The notes beneath the pieces are model-generated. The model did not search any database, was not told where the DNA came from, and was given only the letters and a program-made list of their open reading frames with translations. A DNA stretch of 47,713 bases from Candidatus Altimarinota bacterium (lineage in GTDB: Bacteria > Patescibacteriota > Gracilibacteria > BD1-5 > UBA2023): positions 1-47,713 of the forward strand of contig JAYSPL010000126.1 in assembly GCA_043722085.1 (NCBI GenBank), in the 5' to 3' direction. Position 1 is the stretch's first letter. Each line of letters starts with the position of its first letter. Shown one piece after another: positions 1-13,849 of the stretch. The position numbers were made by a program, and so were the translations under genes.

Positions 1-197
1 TAGAACAAAGGAGATGTATCTGAGAAAATTAGTGGCTAAATTCTGTATTACTAAACTGGAATTTTAGAGGATATTTTTCCCACTGGGAAGAAAGGAGCCT
101 AAAAAACTTGCAAAACAAAATATTTCTATATAATCCGTCTATTCAGATTTCAGGAGCGCCCTCAAGTCTAAGTTCTACACTCTAAGATCTCATTATT

Positions 198-371
198 ATG
201 GCAAAAGGTAAATGTACATACCAAGTTGGTAAGGCAGCAGAAGGTGGACGAACTGATTACGTATACGCCGTAAACAAGAAAAATCTTCCTGCAGGAGAAA
301 AACTCAAGCTTCGCAAGTATGACAAGCAACTTCGCAAGCACGTTCTCTACACATTCAAGGATGTGAAATAA
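198..371 (+). CDS. rpmG: 50S ribosomal protein L33
   Basis: 57-codon ORF, below the ORF-track cutoff and found by eye: MAKGKCTYQVGKAAEGGRTDYVYAVNKKNLPAGEKLKLRKYDKQLRKHVLYTFKDVK*. The C-terminal KLKLRKYDKQLRKHVLYTFKDVK parallels E. coli L33 [23 protein letters not shown] (from memory). A strong hairpin follows. Confidence 0.75.
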   Translation: MAKGKCTYQVGKAAEGGRTDYVYAVNKKNLPAGEKLKLRKYDKQLRKHVLYTFKDVK

Positions 372-390
372 TCCACAAGTATTCTCAAGT

Positions 391-420
391 AAAAATACCT
401 AGATTTTCTAGGTATTTTTT
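391..420. terminator. bidirectional rho-independent terminator hairpin
   Basis: Perfect inverted repeat aaaaatacctaga / tctaggtattttt with a 3-nt loop. An A-run lies 5' and a T-run 3', so it can serve both rpmG (+) and the convergent ORF whose stop is at 419-421 (-). Confidence 0.7.
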
Positions 421-703
421 ATTCTCTTGTGAGATGGAGCTCGTATTCAGGAATCGATGAGAGAAAATCAGTCACCTCACTTCTCTTGGTACTCTGGAGT
501 CCATCATAGTATTCCTGGAGGGTGATGAGTCTCGCATCGAGAAAGGCCCGCTCTGAGTGCGATAGTATTACGCGTGTGATCTCTTCGTATTTCATATTGT
601 ATTGAAGGAGTTTTCGGACAAGCTTTTCGCTCACTTCTGTATCATTCGTCTCACCGAAAATTTCCGTGAGTTTTTGAGATGTTTTTGTAGTTTTTTTTGT
701 CAT
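419..703 (-). CDS. hypothetical protein (about 94 aa)
   Basis: ORF-track frame 419..727. I prefer the internal ATG at 703 (MTKKTTKTSQKLTEIFGE...). No in-frame TGA and no recognisable motif. Its stop abuts the shared hairpin. Confidence 0.4.
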   Translation of the reverse strand: MTKKTTKTSQKLTEIFGETNDTEVSEKLVRKLLQYNMKYEEITRVILSHSERAFLDARLITLQEYYDGLQSTKRSEVTDFLSSIPEYELHLTRE

Positions 704-982
704 GCGTATTGTTAGGACTCCTTGCATAGATATATCCTATCAGACATCGTTTTTTTTCGCAAATTATTTTCCTTGCCAACACCGTATTTTTACTATAAAA
801 AAGTTTTATTTTATGCATAACACTTTAGTACTCTGAAAAGGGTATTTGTTATATTTTCTATGGTTCTCAAATTTTGATTTGATTTCTTTTGCCTTTTATC
901 TATACTCACGTGGCATTTTTTATATGCATTTTATTTTCCTTCTTTTTACTGGTCATAAAAAGATACTTAACCCACAGGAACT

Positions 983-1270
983 ATGAGACAATACGAACTC
1001 ATGATGATACTTGATTCCAGTCTCGCAGACTCTGATCGAGATATTCTCATTACAGAAATCGAAACCGAAATCAAGGCTACTGGCGCAACAATTGCCACGG
1101 CCGATCATCCAGGTGAGCGACAGCTCGCATACCACATTCACGGTTCAAAGACAGGATTCTATCTCTTATACACGCTCGATCGCGTGAGTGGAGATTGGAT
1201 TCATATCACGAACACTTTCAATATTAAAACCAGCATTTGGAGGTTTATGTTCTCAAGAATTGATGAATAA
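983..1270 (+). CDS. rpsF: 30S ribosomal protein S6
   Basis: MRQYELMMILD...GERQLAYHIHGSKTGFYLLY is the canonical S6 signature. It is the first gene of the conserved rpsF-ssb-rpsR cluster. Confidence 0.9.
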   Translation: MRQYELMMILDSSLADSDRDILITEIETEIKATGATIATADHPGERQLAYHIHGSKTGFYLLYTLDRVSGDWIHITNTFNIKTSIWRFMFSRIDE

Positions 1271-1288
1271 TCTCTTAATTATTGGCAT

Positions 1289-1693
1289 ATGCGTACGATC
1301 AACAAGGTGATACTCATTGGTAATATTACCAAAGATCCATTTATAAAGACAACTACCGCCGACAAAAAAATCGCAACCTTTACGGTTGCAACCAATCGTT
1401 ACTATAAGAGTGCTACGGGAGAATCTCTTTCTGATGCCGAATATACAAATTGTGTCGCTTGGGGATCACTCGCTGAACGATCTGAGCAATTCCTTACCAA
1501 GGGTAAACTCGTCTACGTCGAAGGGCACCTCAAGACTCGCATCATCGATCGTGAGGATGGAACGAAGCTCTACAAGACAGAAGTGGTAGTCGATCAGTTG
1601 ATATTTCTCTCCAAAAGAGAGGACTTCGCTGAACCGGGTTCAGATGTTTCTGATGCTGCCAATTTTGATGACTTCTCCGATCTCGCAAATTAA
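1289..1693 (+). CDS. ssb: single-stranded DNA-binding protein
   Basis: OB-fold core (NKVILIGNITKDP..FTVATNR..TNCVAWGSLAE..KGKLVYVEGHLKTR) plus an acidic C-terminal tail (..NFDDFSDLAN). It sits between rpsF and rpsR. Confidence 0.92.
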   Translation: MRTINKVILIGNITKDPFIKTTTADKKIATFTVATNRYYKSATGESLSDAEYTNCVAWGSLAERSEQFLTKGKLVYVEGHLKTRIIDREDGTKLYKTEVVVDQLIFLSKREDFAEPGSDVSDAANFDDFSDLAN

Positions 1694-1721
1694 AAAAATC
1701 TAATTCCTAATCCCTAACCCA

Positions 1722-2018
1722 ATGACTACTTCCAAGAAAAAGAAAGTGTGTCCTATTGATGAAGCCGGTGTCACTCACATCGACTACAAAGATACGACAT
1801 TCCTCAAAAAATTCCTGACAAAGTTCAATCGAATTATTCCTCGCTACTATTCTGGTACTAGTCTTCGAAATCAGAAGCAGCTCGCAGTTGCCGTTAAACG
1901 AGCTCGGTATATGGCGCTCCTTCCATATGTACTAGAGGTACGCGTATCGTCAGCGCCTACAACTCCAAGTACAGTATCCGCGCCTGTTGAGTCGAATGCA
2001 AGTACTGCCGCTGTGTAG
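1722..2018 (+). CDS. rpsR: 30S ribosomal protein S18
   Basis: S18 core IDYKDTTFLKKFLTKFNRIIPRYYSGTSLRNQKQLAVAVKRARYMALLPY. Confidence 0.92.
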   Translation: MTTSKKKKVCPIDEAGVTHIDYKDTTFLKKFLTKFNRIIPRYYSGTSLRNQKQLAVAVKRARYMALLPYVLEVRVSSAPTTPSTVSAPVESNASTAAV

Positions 2019-2081
2019 TATTTCCCGCCAAATTCTGTCTGGTCCACGGAATCTCCTGGTTTCGGTTATCGCTTTAAATAC

Positions 2082-2117
2082 AAAAATCACTCTTTTATAA
2101 AAAAGAGTGATTTTTTT
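2082..2117 (+). terminator. rho-independent terminator after rpsR
   Basis: Stem aaatcactctttt / aaaagagtgattt with loop ataa, followed by a T-run. Confidence 0.7.
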
Positions 2118-2139
2118 GACAAAAGAATGAAGTTTTGCT

Positions 2140-2526
2140 ATGATGCCTACGTCACATTTATTTTTTCATTTATTTTCTATGACAACTATTTCAAAAGGAT
2201 TCTATTCGCTCATTGGACTTGCTGTAACTACTTCCGCTGCACTTGCAGGACCATTCGATGGTAAGCCAGTAACTATCAGTGGTACCTCTACAAATTCTGC
2301 AGAAGTAGCCGCACAGAATCTTGTAGATCGTGCTCTCATGTTTCTGAGTATTGTAGCGGTAGGATATGGTATTTGGGGAGGTTTTCAGATTATCACAGCG
2401 GGTGGTGATGAAGAAAAAGTCAAAAAAGGCCGTACAATCCTCATTCAAGTCGTTATCGGTATTATCGTTATCTGGCTCGCAGGTTCAATCGTAAAATGGG
2501 TTGTTGGCCTTGTTGTTGGTGCATAA
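2140..2526 (+). CDS. small secreted/membrane protein, TrbC/VirB2-type pilin-like
   Basis: 128-aa ORF. It has an N-terminal signal/TM segment ending ..SAALAGP and a short exposed segment, followed by GGFQIITAGGDEEKVKKGRTILIQVVIGIIVIWLAGSIVKWVVGLVVGA. This two-helix hairpin layout with a basic turn is what I remember for the T4SS-pilin-like proteins common in CPR and Mollicutes. The true start may be the internal Met (MTTISKG..). Confidence 0.5.
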   Translation: MMPTSHLFFHLFSMTTISKGFYSLIGLAVTTSAALAGPFDGKPVTISGTSTNSAEVAAQNLVDRALMFLSIVAVGYGIWGGFQIITAGGDEEKVKKGRTILIQVVIGIIVIWLAGSIVKWVVGLVVGA

Positions 2527-2540
2527 TTTACTTTCTTTGA

Positions 2541-2570
2541 AAAATTCCCGAAATTCGGGAATTTTTTTGT
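2541..2570 (+). terminator. rho-independent terminator
   Basis: Stem aaaattcccg / cgggaatttt with loop aaat(t), then T-runs. Confidence 0.7.
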
Positions 2571-2634
2571 TTTTTTTCAGTTTTTTCGTAGAATTCTTAC
2601 GGTCTATCAGTCTCTAAACTCTAAGCACTCAACT

Positions 2635-5895
<3,261 letters not shown>

Positions 5896-5967
5896 AAGTG
5901 AGATACCGCTACATACAGTGTATATCGTTTCCCTAAAAAAACACAAAAAGTACGCGATTTGATGTGC

Positions 5968-5994
5968 AGCCTACCGCATTACGGTAGGCTTTTT
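5968..5994 (+). terminator. rho-independent terminator after leuS
   Basis: Stem agcctaccg / cggtaggct with loop catta, then tttt. Confidence 0.75.
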
Positions 5995-6042
5995 ATATAA
6001 AAAATCCCTGTAGGGGAAGGGATAGATAAACAAGTATAGCCA

Positions 6043-7041
6043 TTACTTGATCCATCCACCGATGATATCTTCGAGAACTTTTGCGAGTTTCATGGGATCA
6101 TGACGGACAATATCATCATCATTGACCATGTCCCACTCGATTACTTTGTATCATTTTCCTGCAAAGAGTGCGTGATCCTTGATTTTTAGTGGTTTTTTAT
6201 TTTCTTCGGCTTTGTATTTTACAATGATATCTTCATCAATATGTCCATTGTTGACGATAACGTAGTCGAGCATCCCGGGATCTATATATCGTTCTATCGT
6301 ATCAATAAAGTCGATCACTTCCATATTCGTAGTTTCTCCTCGCTTGGTCATAGCGTTGCAGATATAGATAATCTTGGCGGTACTCTCACTCAGTGTTTCG
6401 TGCATGCCTTTTGAGAGAAGATTCGGGACGATACTCGTGTAGAGATCCCCGGGACCAATGATAATAAAGTCAGCATTGAGCAGTGCTTCTCGTGCATTGG
6501 GATTCAGGTTTCCCTCATCACCAATGAGCCAAGCGTCCACGATATCTTGATCAATATTATGCGTTCTCTCTCCTGGATTTTTATCAGATATATCGATATT
6601 TTTCTCGCCTATCACTTCGGCTCCATCCGCAAATCGTACCGCAAGGTGTACATTTTCAGTGGTGACTGGGATGACTCGTCATCGTACATCGAACATCTCC
6701 TCCATGCTTTTGATCGCTTTCTCAAAATCACCTCCACAGATATCCACGAGCGCCGTCAGGAGAATATTGCCGATCTTATTGGAACCAATTACACCTTCTT
6801 CGTCTTTGAAGCTATATTCGAACAGTTTTCGAACCATATCTGTATTTTTGGCAAGTGCGGCAATAGCTCGACGCATATCACCCGGTGGCAGGATTCCATA
6901 TTTATCTCGAATGGCTCCCGTAGTTCCTCCATTATCCGCGACGGATATAATGGCCGATATATTGTAATTGAGATTTCTCTTGATTCCATAGAGAACATTG
7001 AATGTTCCCGCACCTCCACCAATACAGGCAATATTTGGCAT
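6043..7041 (-). CDS. YvcK/CofD-like protein (UPF0052, gluconeogenesis-factor family)
   Basis: 332-aa frame joining ORF-track pieces 6679..7041 and 6151..6615 plus a 35-codon tail across TGA codons. Motifs IACIGGGAGT, ADNGGTTG, LPPGDMRR and IIGPGDLYTSIVPNLL. Ends TAA 6043-6045. Confidence 0.85.
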
Positions 7042-7264
7042 ATATGAAAATTATATAATTGAATTATTTCTATAAATAGAAGAGTAGAATCTCTCGTTAG
7101 AGCGTTATCCCCCTACGCTTTCTTTTGCTTTTTTGAGAAGAAACGATAGGATTATAGTGTTTTTATTTTTTTAGCAACTTTCATATACTCTCTTCATGTA
7201 TTGAAGTTATATAGTGCTTTGCAACGAGTATATTACATTTTATTTTTCTAATCTCATTTATTGT

Positions 7265-8134
7265 ATGGAAATTGTTTACCTGTTGATTGTTGTAGGAGTA
7301 TTAATTCCATTTTTTGTTTGAAAGATTACCCAAGGTGAGGTGGGCCTTAGGGAACTTCTCGGGCGGTATACTGATCCCATAGGACCTGGTATATTTTTTC
7401 TTATACCAGGAGTACAGTCCGTACGAAAGGTGGACATCCGTGAACAAGTGATCAATGTTCCAGAACAACAGATTATCACCAAGGATAACGTTGCGGTAAC
7501 CGTAGATGGAGTAGTATATGCGCAGATCACGGATCCCTATAAAGCGACCTATGATATCAATAATGTGTTTGTTGCAGTGGTATCGCTTGCACAGACCAAT
7601 CTCCGTAGTGTACTCGGAACCATGGAGCTCAATGATACGCTCTCTAATCGAGATATGATCAATGCCAGACTTCTCGAATCACTCGATCGAGAGACGTCGA
7701 AGTGGGGAGTCAAAGTGATGCGCGTAGAGATTAAAAAACTCGAACCACCATCAAGTGTACAGGAGATGATGAATATGATCAAAAATGCGCAAAGTGAAAA
7801 AAGTGCTAAAATTACCGCGGCAGAAGGATACAAGGTGGCGATGATCACGCAGGCTGAGGCTGATAAACAATCGAAGATCCTCCAGGCAGAATGACAAAAA
7901 GAATCTCAGATTCTTCAGGCACAAGGAGAGGCGAATGCAAAAGTCGCGATTGCTGAGGCAAATGCAAAGGCGCTCGAACTCGATGCGGTTGCGGCACAAC
8001 AATTTTTTACAGGGAATGCCGTCGTCAAGGCTCAACTTCAGACGATTCAGGTAGCACTCGGAAATAACACCAAGTTTATTCTTGATTCAGATATCCTAGC
8101 GGGAGTATCAAAAATATTTGGAGGGGTAAAATAG
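7265..8134 (+). CDS. SPFH/band-7 (stomatin/prohibitin-like) membrane protein
   Basis: N-terminal TM (MEIVYLLIVVGVLIPFF) followed by the band-7 core (ITKDNVAVTVDGVVYAQITDPYKATY, LRSVLGTMELNDTLSNRDMIN, WGVKVMRVEIKKLEPP) and an Ala/Glu/Gln coiled coil. Frame continues across TGA at 7892-7894. TAG at 8132-8134. Confidence 0.88.
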
Positions 8135-8161
8135 GCTTGTCGTAGTTCTTAATTTTTGTAT

Positions 8162-8578
8162 ATGTCATCACTCGTTATATTCTGGATTTCTATTGGTATC
8201 TGATTTCTTATCATTGAGATGATTACGGTCACTTTTTATGGACTTGCGATATCACTCGCGGCACTCCTCACAGGACTCTTCGTATGGTATACGGATATCC
8301 GAGAGGTGACAGCAGTACAGGGTCTTATTTTTGCGGGGATCTCCTTTTGTGCGTCGTATTTCCTCCCAAAGTGGCTCTCACCAAAATGAGAAGAAAAAGC
8401 GCAATGACTCGATACATACATCGGTGAAACTCGAAGTGTAAAATTGGTAGGAGAAGATTATAAGGTAACCCTTGACGGAATTGACTATATTGTAGATATT
8501 GATGGAGTCAAAGTAGGCAACAGGGTACGTCTTACTTCTCGAAAGGGGTCATTATTTTATGGTAGTATTATCAAGTAG
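8162..8578 (+). CDS. NfeD-like membrane protein
   Basis: 138 aa with three in-frame TGA. Hydrophobic N-terminal half, then a beta-rich C-terminus (GETRSVKLVGEDYKVTLDGIDYIVDIDGVKVGNRVRLTS). Its position directly 3' of an SPFH gene is the classical NfeD context. Confidence 0.7.
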
Positions 8579-8579
8579 T

Positions 8580-9278
8580 ATGTCAAAAATCCAAGATCGA
8601 AAGGTACAGGTACTCAAGCATATTGTAGAGGAATATCTCAAGACTGGAGAGATTATGGGATCCAAAAATCTTCTCAAAAAATATGATCTCCAGGTTTCGA
8701 GTGCTACAGTGCGCAATGATATGGCGGCACTTGAGGATATGGGCCTCATTTTTCAGCCCTATAATTCTGCGGGGAGACTCCCGACCAATCGTGGACTCCG
8801 AGTATTCGTGGACTATCTTATGGAGACGATGCCCGCCGTATTTCTCGAAGCCGAACAGGAGCTTACGGATACAATAGAGAAAAACCGAATTGACGATACC
8901 CTCTATACGCTGGTGGCTCGCCTCACCAAGATAACCGGGGAGATTACCTTTGCGTGTATCCCATCTCTGGGTACTTCCTATTATCTGGGGCTCTCCAATT
9001 ATCTCGAACGCCATCATGGGGCACTTGGAGAGGAGATGTTTCAGGTGATCAAATGCCTGGAAAATAAGTATCAATTTATTGATCTCCTCGAGTGACTCGA
9101 TATCTCCACTCGAGTATCTGCCTTTATTGGAGAAGAGAGTGTGATCCCAGAACTCGAATCCAGTACGATGATCGTCAAAAAAATTGAAGTCAATGGGTAT
9201 ACAGGATATCTTGGTATTCTTGGCTCAACGATGATGGACTATGCATTCAATATCACAGCACTCAGACAGATTCTCTAA
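8580..9278 (+). CDS. hrcA: heat-inducible transcription repressor HrcA (short form, 232 aa)
   Basis: N-terminal winged helix with the signature ..[43 protein letters not shown]... Starts 1 nt after the NfeD stop. Frame continues across TGA 9093-9095 to TAA 9276-9278. Confidence 0.8.
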
Positions 9279-9381
9279 AAGAAATTTGCTTTCTCATTCA
9301 TTCTCTCTATACTACGTCTTGTCTCTCTGGTGTATTTTCTGGTTTGACACTATTTACTCGAAAATACTTTTCTCCCACTAT

Positions 9382-9645
9382 ATGGAACACACAGAAAAAA
9401 AGGCCCTCATGGAATCATTTGCCACTAAAAAAGGTGACACGGGTTCCCCAGAAGTACAGGTGGCTATCCTAACTTCTCGTATTGAGTCTCTCAAGAATCA
9501 CCTCGAAATCCACAAACAAGATAATCATTCTCGTCGTGGTATCGTTATGATGGTAGCCAAACGTCGCAAACTCCTTGATTATCTCAAGCGAAAAGATGAG
9601 TCACGTTACCTGGTACTCATTGGCAAGCTCGATCTTCGAAAATAA
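9382..9645 (+). CDS. rpsO: 30S ribosomal protein S15
   Basis: [59 protein letters not shown] is canonical S15. I chose the ATG at 9382 inside ORF-track 9241..9645. Confidence 0.92.
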   Translation: MEHTEKKALMESFATKKGDTGSPEVQVAILTSRIESLKNHLEIHKQDNHSRRGIVMMVAKRRKLLDYLKRKDESRYLVLIGKLDLRK

Positions 9646-9670
9646 TTGCACTTCCCGAAAAAAATCATAC

Positions 9671-9705
9671 AATCTCAAGAATAATTATTATTCTTGAGAT
9701 TTTTT
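9671..9705 (+). terminator. rho-independent terminator after rpsO
   Basis: Stem atctcaagaataat / attattcttgagat followed by ttttt. Confidence 0.7.
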
Positions 9706-10257
9706 ATGTTTCCTTTTTTTCCACAAAAATCATTCTCACATCTTCTGATTGTGTTCTGCGTGATTATCGCATCAGCCGGATTTCTCCTCCCTGATCTCAT
9801 CTCCCATTATGCGATGCATGGATACTATCTGATGTACTGAGATTATACTACTCTCGTAGTACAGATACTGTTATTTCAGTTCCTCCATGGGAGTTTATTG
9901 CATTTATTTCTCAATGGTTACTTTCTCTATAGCGCTTGACCCGAACTCGAGGCTCGTATGTCACGAGACCGGTACACGTGGTTTTTTATCACCACAACAA
10001 TCTTTGTAGCCATTGCACTCCTAGTATTTCAGCCATATGTCAATACTATAGGAATATCAGGATTTTGTATGGCAATACTATCGTATCTCTGGATTGATCT
10101 GTATACAACCCGTCATCCGATGGCTTCCCAGATCCTCGTGATGCTTGCGATCAATATTGGTATTGGACTCGTCCCAGGCATCTCTCTCGTGGGGCATCTC
10201 GCTGGTGCTATATGGTGACTTGTATGGTGGGCTATATTTCGGAATTGGAGGAAGTAA
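9706..10257 (+). CDS. rhomboid-family intramembrane serine protease
   Basis: 183 aa with three in-frame TGA. FLHGSLLHLFLNGYFLY (H-x4-H-x3-N), catalytic GISGF and GHLAGAIWG motifs, and six hydrophobic segments. Confidence 0.75.
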
Positions 10258-10382
10258 CGAGCATTCGAGTATGATCATAGTATCGTCCGTTGCAACTGCA
10301 CTTATTGAAGTGTAAGTATTGATAGCTATGAATGTAATATTGCGGAACCAATCGTATTGGATCGCGCTAAAATAAGATTTTT

Positions 10383-13300
10383 TTAAATATTTCAATGAAT
10401 GAGATCTTCTTCAAATTGTCTGATTCCTTCCACGGTTTCACTATATTTGGCAATATCTGGGAAGCGGAGGGTGCGAATGCATTGAGTTACGGCTCGTATG
10501 AGTGATTTGGTTCGTTCGATCTCTCATTCATGGATATACTCAGTGACACGATGAAACCGGTCTTCATCGTGATTTTTTTCGATAAAAAATAACTCGAATT
10601 GACGACGAGGAAACATACGGTAACGAGGTGAGAGTTCGAATAGGACAGCATAGAAGGCAAGTTGGAGTCGATATTTCCATTGTTTGAGCTTGGCATACTC
10701 CGCTCATTTGCCATCAAAACTATCAAATCCACCACCCGTCTTATAATCAGTGATAATCAGGGTATCATCACTGAGTCGCTCAATGCGATCGATCTTCCCC
10801 GTGAGTTGGATATCAGATAGCCAGACACCTCCTCACTCGGTTCGAAAGTCCTTTTCCAGAGTGAGTTCTCCATATGATTTTCCAACCAGTTCACTGTAGA
10901 GGGCTTCCAGGTTTTCTTTTCATTTTCAGAGCCACATATTCTCGACTGCTGGCTCAAATCCTTCATTCTTGAGGCTTTTCTCGAATGAAGTATAGAGAAT
11001 TTCTTTTTTGTAGGAATTATTATTTTTATAATCAGTAAAAAAATCTTCAAGTGCCGTATGCATGGCAGATCCATATGCTCCGGCAATATTTTTTGCACCA
11101 GGAAATCTGAGAATATTGTTGGCAATAAAATGGGTTGGACCACCACTCGTAATATCGAGAAAATTCTGAAGTGCCGTCGCGCTCATAATAAATTGCTTTT
11201 CGATACGATCCTTCAGAAAATCTTCCTCTTCACTCATATAGGGGAGGTTCCAGAGTGAATGACTCGTACACTCTAGAGTGGTGACGAGTTGGAGTGGAGT
11301 GCTCGTATCTTCTAGGATCCAAGTGGGCTGTTCGGCGCCTATACAAGGAAGTGGCTCATTCGACCTCTCATCCATGCTTTTTGTTGAGTAGCTCACCGTC
11401 AGGGATGACCGTGCTCTTGTATACCCCGTATAGATAAGTCGTTCTATATCGGCGTCATCGTCCTTATCAGCCTCAAGGGGAAGATTTTTTGGAAGGGTAG
11501 CACCCGATATTTTCCCGAGTTTATACTCACGTTTGGTAAGAAAAGGGACATACACATGATTCCATTCCAGTCATTTCGCCTTATGTACAGTGATCAGATT
11601 GACGGCATTCTTTTCATCTCCGATGATATGTGCCGTCTCAATGCGTATATCATATTTTTCGATCATCTCCATGAGTTCGATAGCATCTTCGAGTATCAGG
11701 AATGGTTTCTGTTTTTTATAGCTTCGGATTTCATCTGTGAGCTTCTTGATATTGGCAAGTGATCGAGCTTTTTTCTGATATTGTTCTATATATGAACTAT
11801 TATTATCTGATAATTGTCCAAAAAAGTGAGTATAGAGGGGTGAGGTATAGTTTTTTCTCTCTCAAGTTTGCATAGATATCTGGAGGGGATTTGCACGAGC
11901 ATCTTCTTCGTGTTCACTCGGAAGTACGAGACTTGAGGCGCCCGTAATGGTATCAATCAAGTCTTCCAATCGAGAGTATTCACTCATATTGGAGAGTTCT
12001 TTGAGAAAAAATCAAAAATCGCGAATCTCGGGAGTCACGTGTAGCGAAACTTGTTCTATCCAGCTCTTGCGATCGTCTCGACGAGCATGATAGATGTCTC
12101 GTGAGAGTTGCCAGAGCGCGAGTCGAGGAATCTCCCAACAGGGATGAGAGATAATATCTACGAGTGTTGCTCAGAGTTCTTGTTTTCGGTTGAGAGAATC
12201 AAGGTACTTGAGAATATTGCGAATGAGTATAATGAGTTCATCTTCCCAAATAGACTCTGATTTGCTCATACTGACTGCAATACCGAGTGATAACAATGCT
12301 TTGGAAAATATTTCCAGTGAGCGATTCTTTTTTACAATTATAGCAATATCTTGAGGGAGTATGCCTGCTGCGATTTTAGTGGTAATATCTTGTACGATGA
12401 AGTTTATCTCATACAGTTCACTATCAAAGTGATACTGGTGTACTATTTCTCATTTTCCTGAATGTGACTGGAATTGTTTGGTGGTTCATGGAAATATCAT
12501 TGATATATTGGACGATTCTGATATGATAACTGCTCGAGACGACTCGATAATATCACTACTGGATCGATAGTTGGTATCGAGAACAATGAGCTCAGTGTCT
12601 TCATAAGTATCATGAAAATCTCGAATATTTTTGATATTCGCACCCTGAAATTTATAGATGGATTGATCATCATCACCGACGGCGAATATGTTCGGCTTGG
12701 TACTATCGACAGAAAGGATGGAATTCACGAGTCGCATCTGCGCCTCATTGGTATCTTGGAATTCATCGATGAGGATAAATTGATACTGTTCCGCAAGGTT
12801 TGCCTGTATCTGAGGATCTCGTTCGACCAGTTCTATGGCTCTGAGTATCATATCTGAGAAATCAACGAGTCATTCACTCTCGAGTCTTGACTGATAGAGC
12901 TCATAGATACCTGCCAGTGAGAGTTGTTTTTTGAGTTTTTCACTTTCCTTCCAGATTCGATTTCCACTATAGTTTTTTGAGGTCCAACCCTCTTTCCAAG
13001 CCGTCAAAAACTTGGTATTACTCTCTCATTCGTAGGCTTCCCAAGCAATATCGAGTCCCAGTTGTATCGTTTTTAGAAGTGAATCGTAACCTCATATTTT
13101 CTCATTTTCGGACAATTGTTGAACTATTTCAGTCATTTTTCTGAATATCTCAATCTTTTGTATTTTTTCGTCTTTCTTTTGTCCAAGAGCATCAATCTGC
13201 TCAAAATGAGACCCAAGAATGGGAGTGAGTGAATCGAGAGTACGCTTATTGATCTCAAGGATCATCCGGTAGAGTGTCGGTGTGATGCCTCATTTTTTGA

Positions 13301-13769
13301 GATCTCCCACTCGACTGAGTATATCCTGAATAGTCTCTCCCGCGCGCATCCCTGGCTTATATGGATCATTCCATGGTAGTGGTTCGAGGATTTCATCGAG
13401 AATCTTTGACGCAGTGATGGCGTCAATCGTTCCAGAGTCGCTATACTCACGAAATAGATATCGATACCGCGCGAGGATCTCATTCCCAAAACTATGAAAT
13501 GTATGGATCGCGACTCGATAGGCGTCTTGTCTAATCATCCGAGCCAGACGATCTCTCATATTTCGAGCGGCATTGTCCGTGAAGGTCAGGCACAATATAT
13601 TCGACGGCATATAATCAGTCTCGTGGAGAATATTGGCGATTCTTGCTCCAAGAATCTGCGTCTTTCCACTGCCAGGTCCAGCGATAACGAGTACCGGACC
13701 ATAGATGGTTTCTACGGCTTGTCGCTGCTTGGGATTGAGAGACGCGAGAATATCTTCAAAGGGAGTCAT
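10383..13769 (-). CDS. UvrD/PcrA-type superfamily-1 helicase fused to a C-terminal PD-(D/E)XK (RecB/AddA-type) nuclease, 1128 aa
   Basis: N-terminus LNPKQRQAVE..VIAGPGSGKTQ (Walker A). FILIDEFQDTN, VGDDDQSIYKFQGA, TNYRSS, AKGLEWNHVYVPF and YTGYTRAR helicase motifs. C-terminus GKIDRIE..IITDYKTGG nuclease motif, translated by hand through 10926 down to TAA 10383-10385. ORF-track pieces 13290.., 12486.. and 10926.. share the frame. Confidence 0.85.
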
Positions 13770-13820
13770 AGTTTGGAATTTTATATATCTATTGTATGAA
13801 ATAGTGAATATTTACCAACA

Positions 13821-13846
13821 AAAAATCCCCTATGATGGGGATTTTT
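13821..13846 (-). terminator. rho-independent terminator after ahcY
   Basis: Stem aaaaatcccc / ggggattttt with loop tatgat, 3 nt after the ahcY stop. Confidence 0.7.
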
Positions 13847-13849
13847 CTA

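Noticed and set aside
108-134. Possible promoter for rpmG (TTGCAA ... TATAAT).
   Set aside because: The spacer is only 15 nt, so I do not report it as a feature.
6547-7047. 166-aa plus-strand ORF and overlapping 102-aa ORF.
   Set aside because: They are antisense to, or out of frame with, the YvcK-like gene, which carries the family motifs.
7170-7219. CIRCE-like half sites TTAGCAACT and TAGTGCTTT upstream of the SPFH-NfeD-hrcA operon.
   Set aside because: The half sites are 32 nt apart instead of 9, and each has mismatches. This is not a credible CIRCE.
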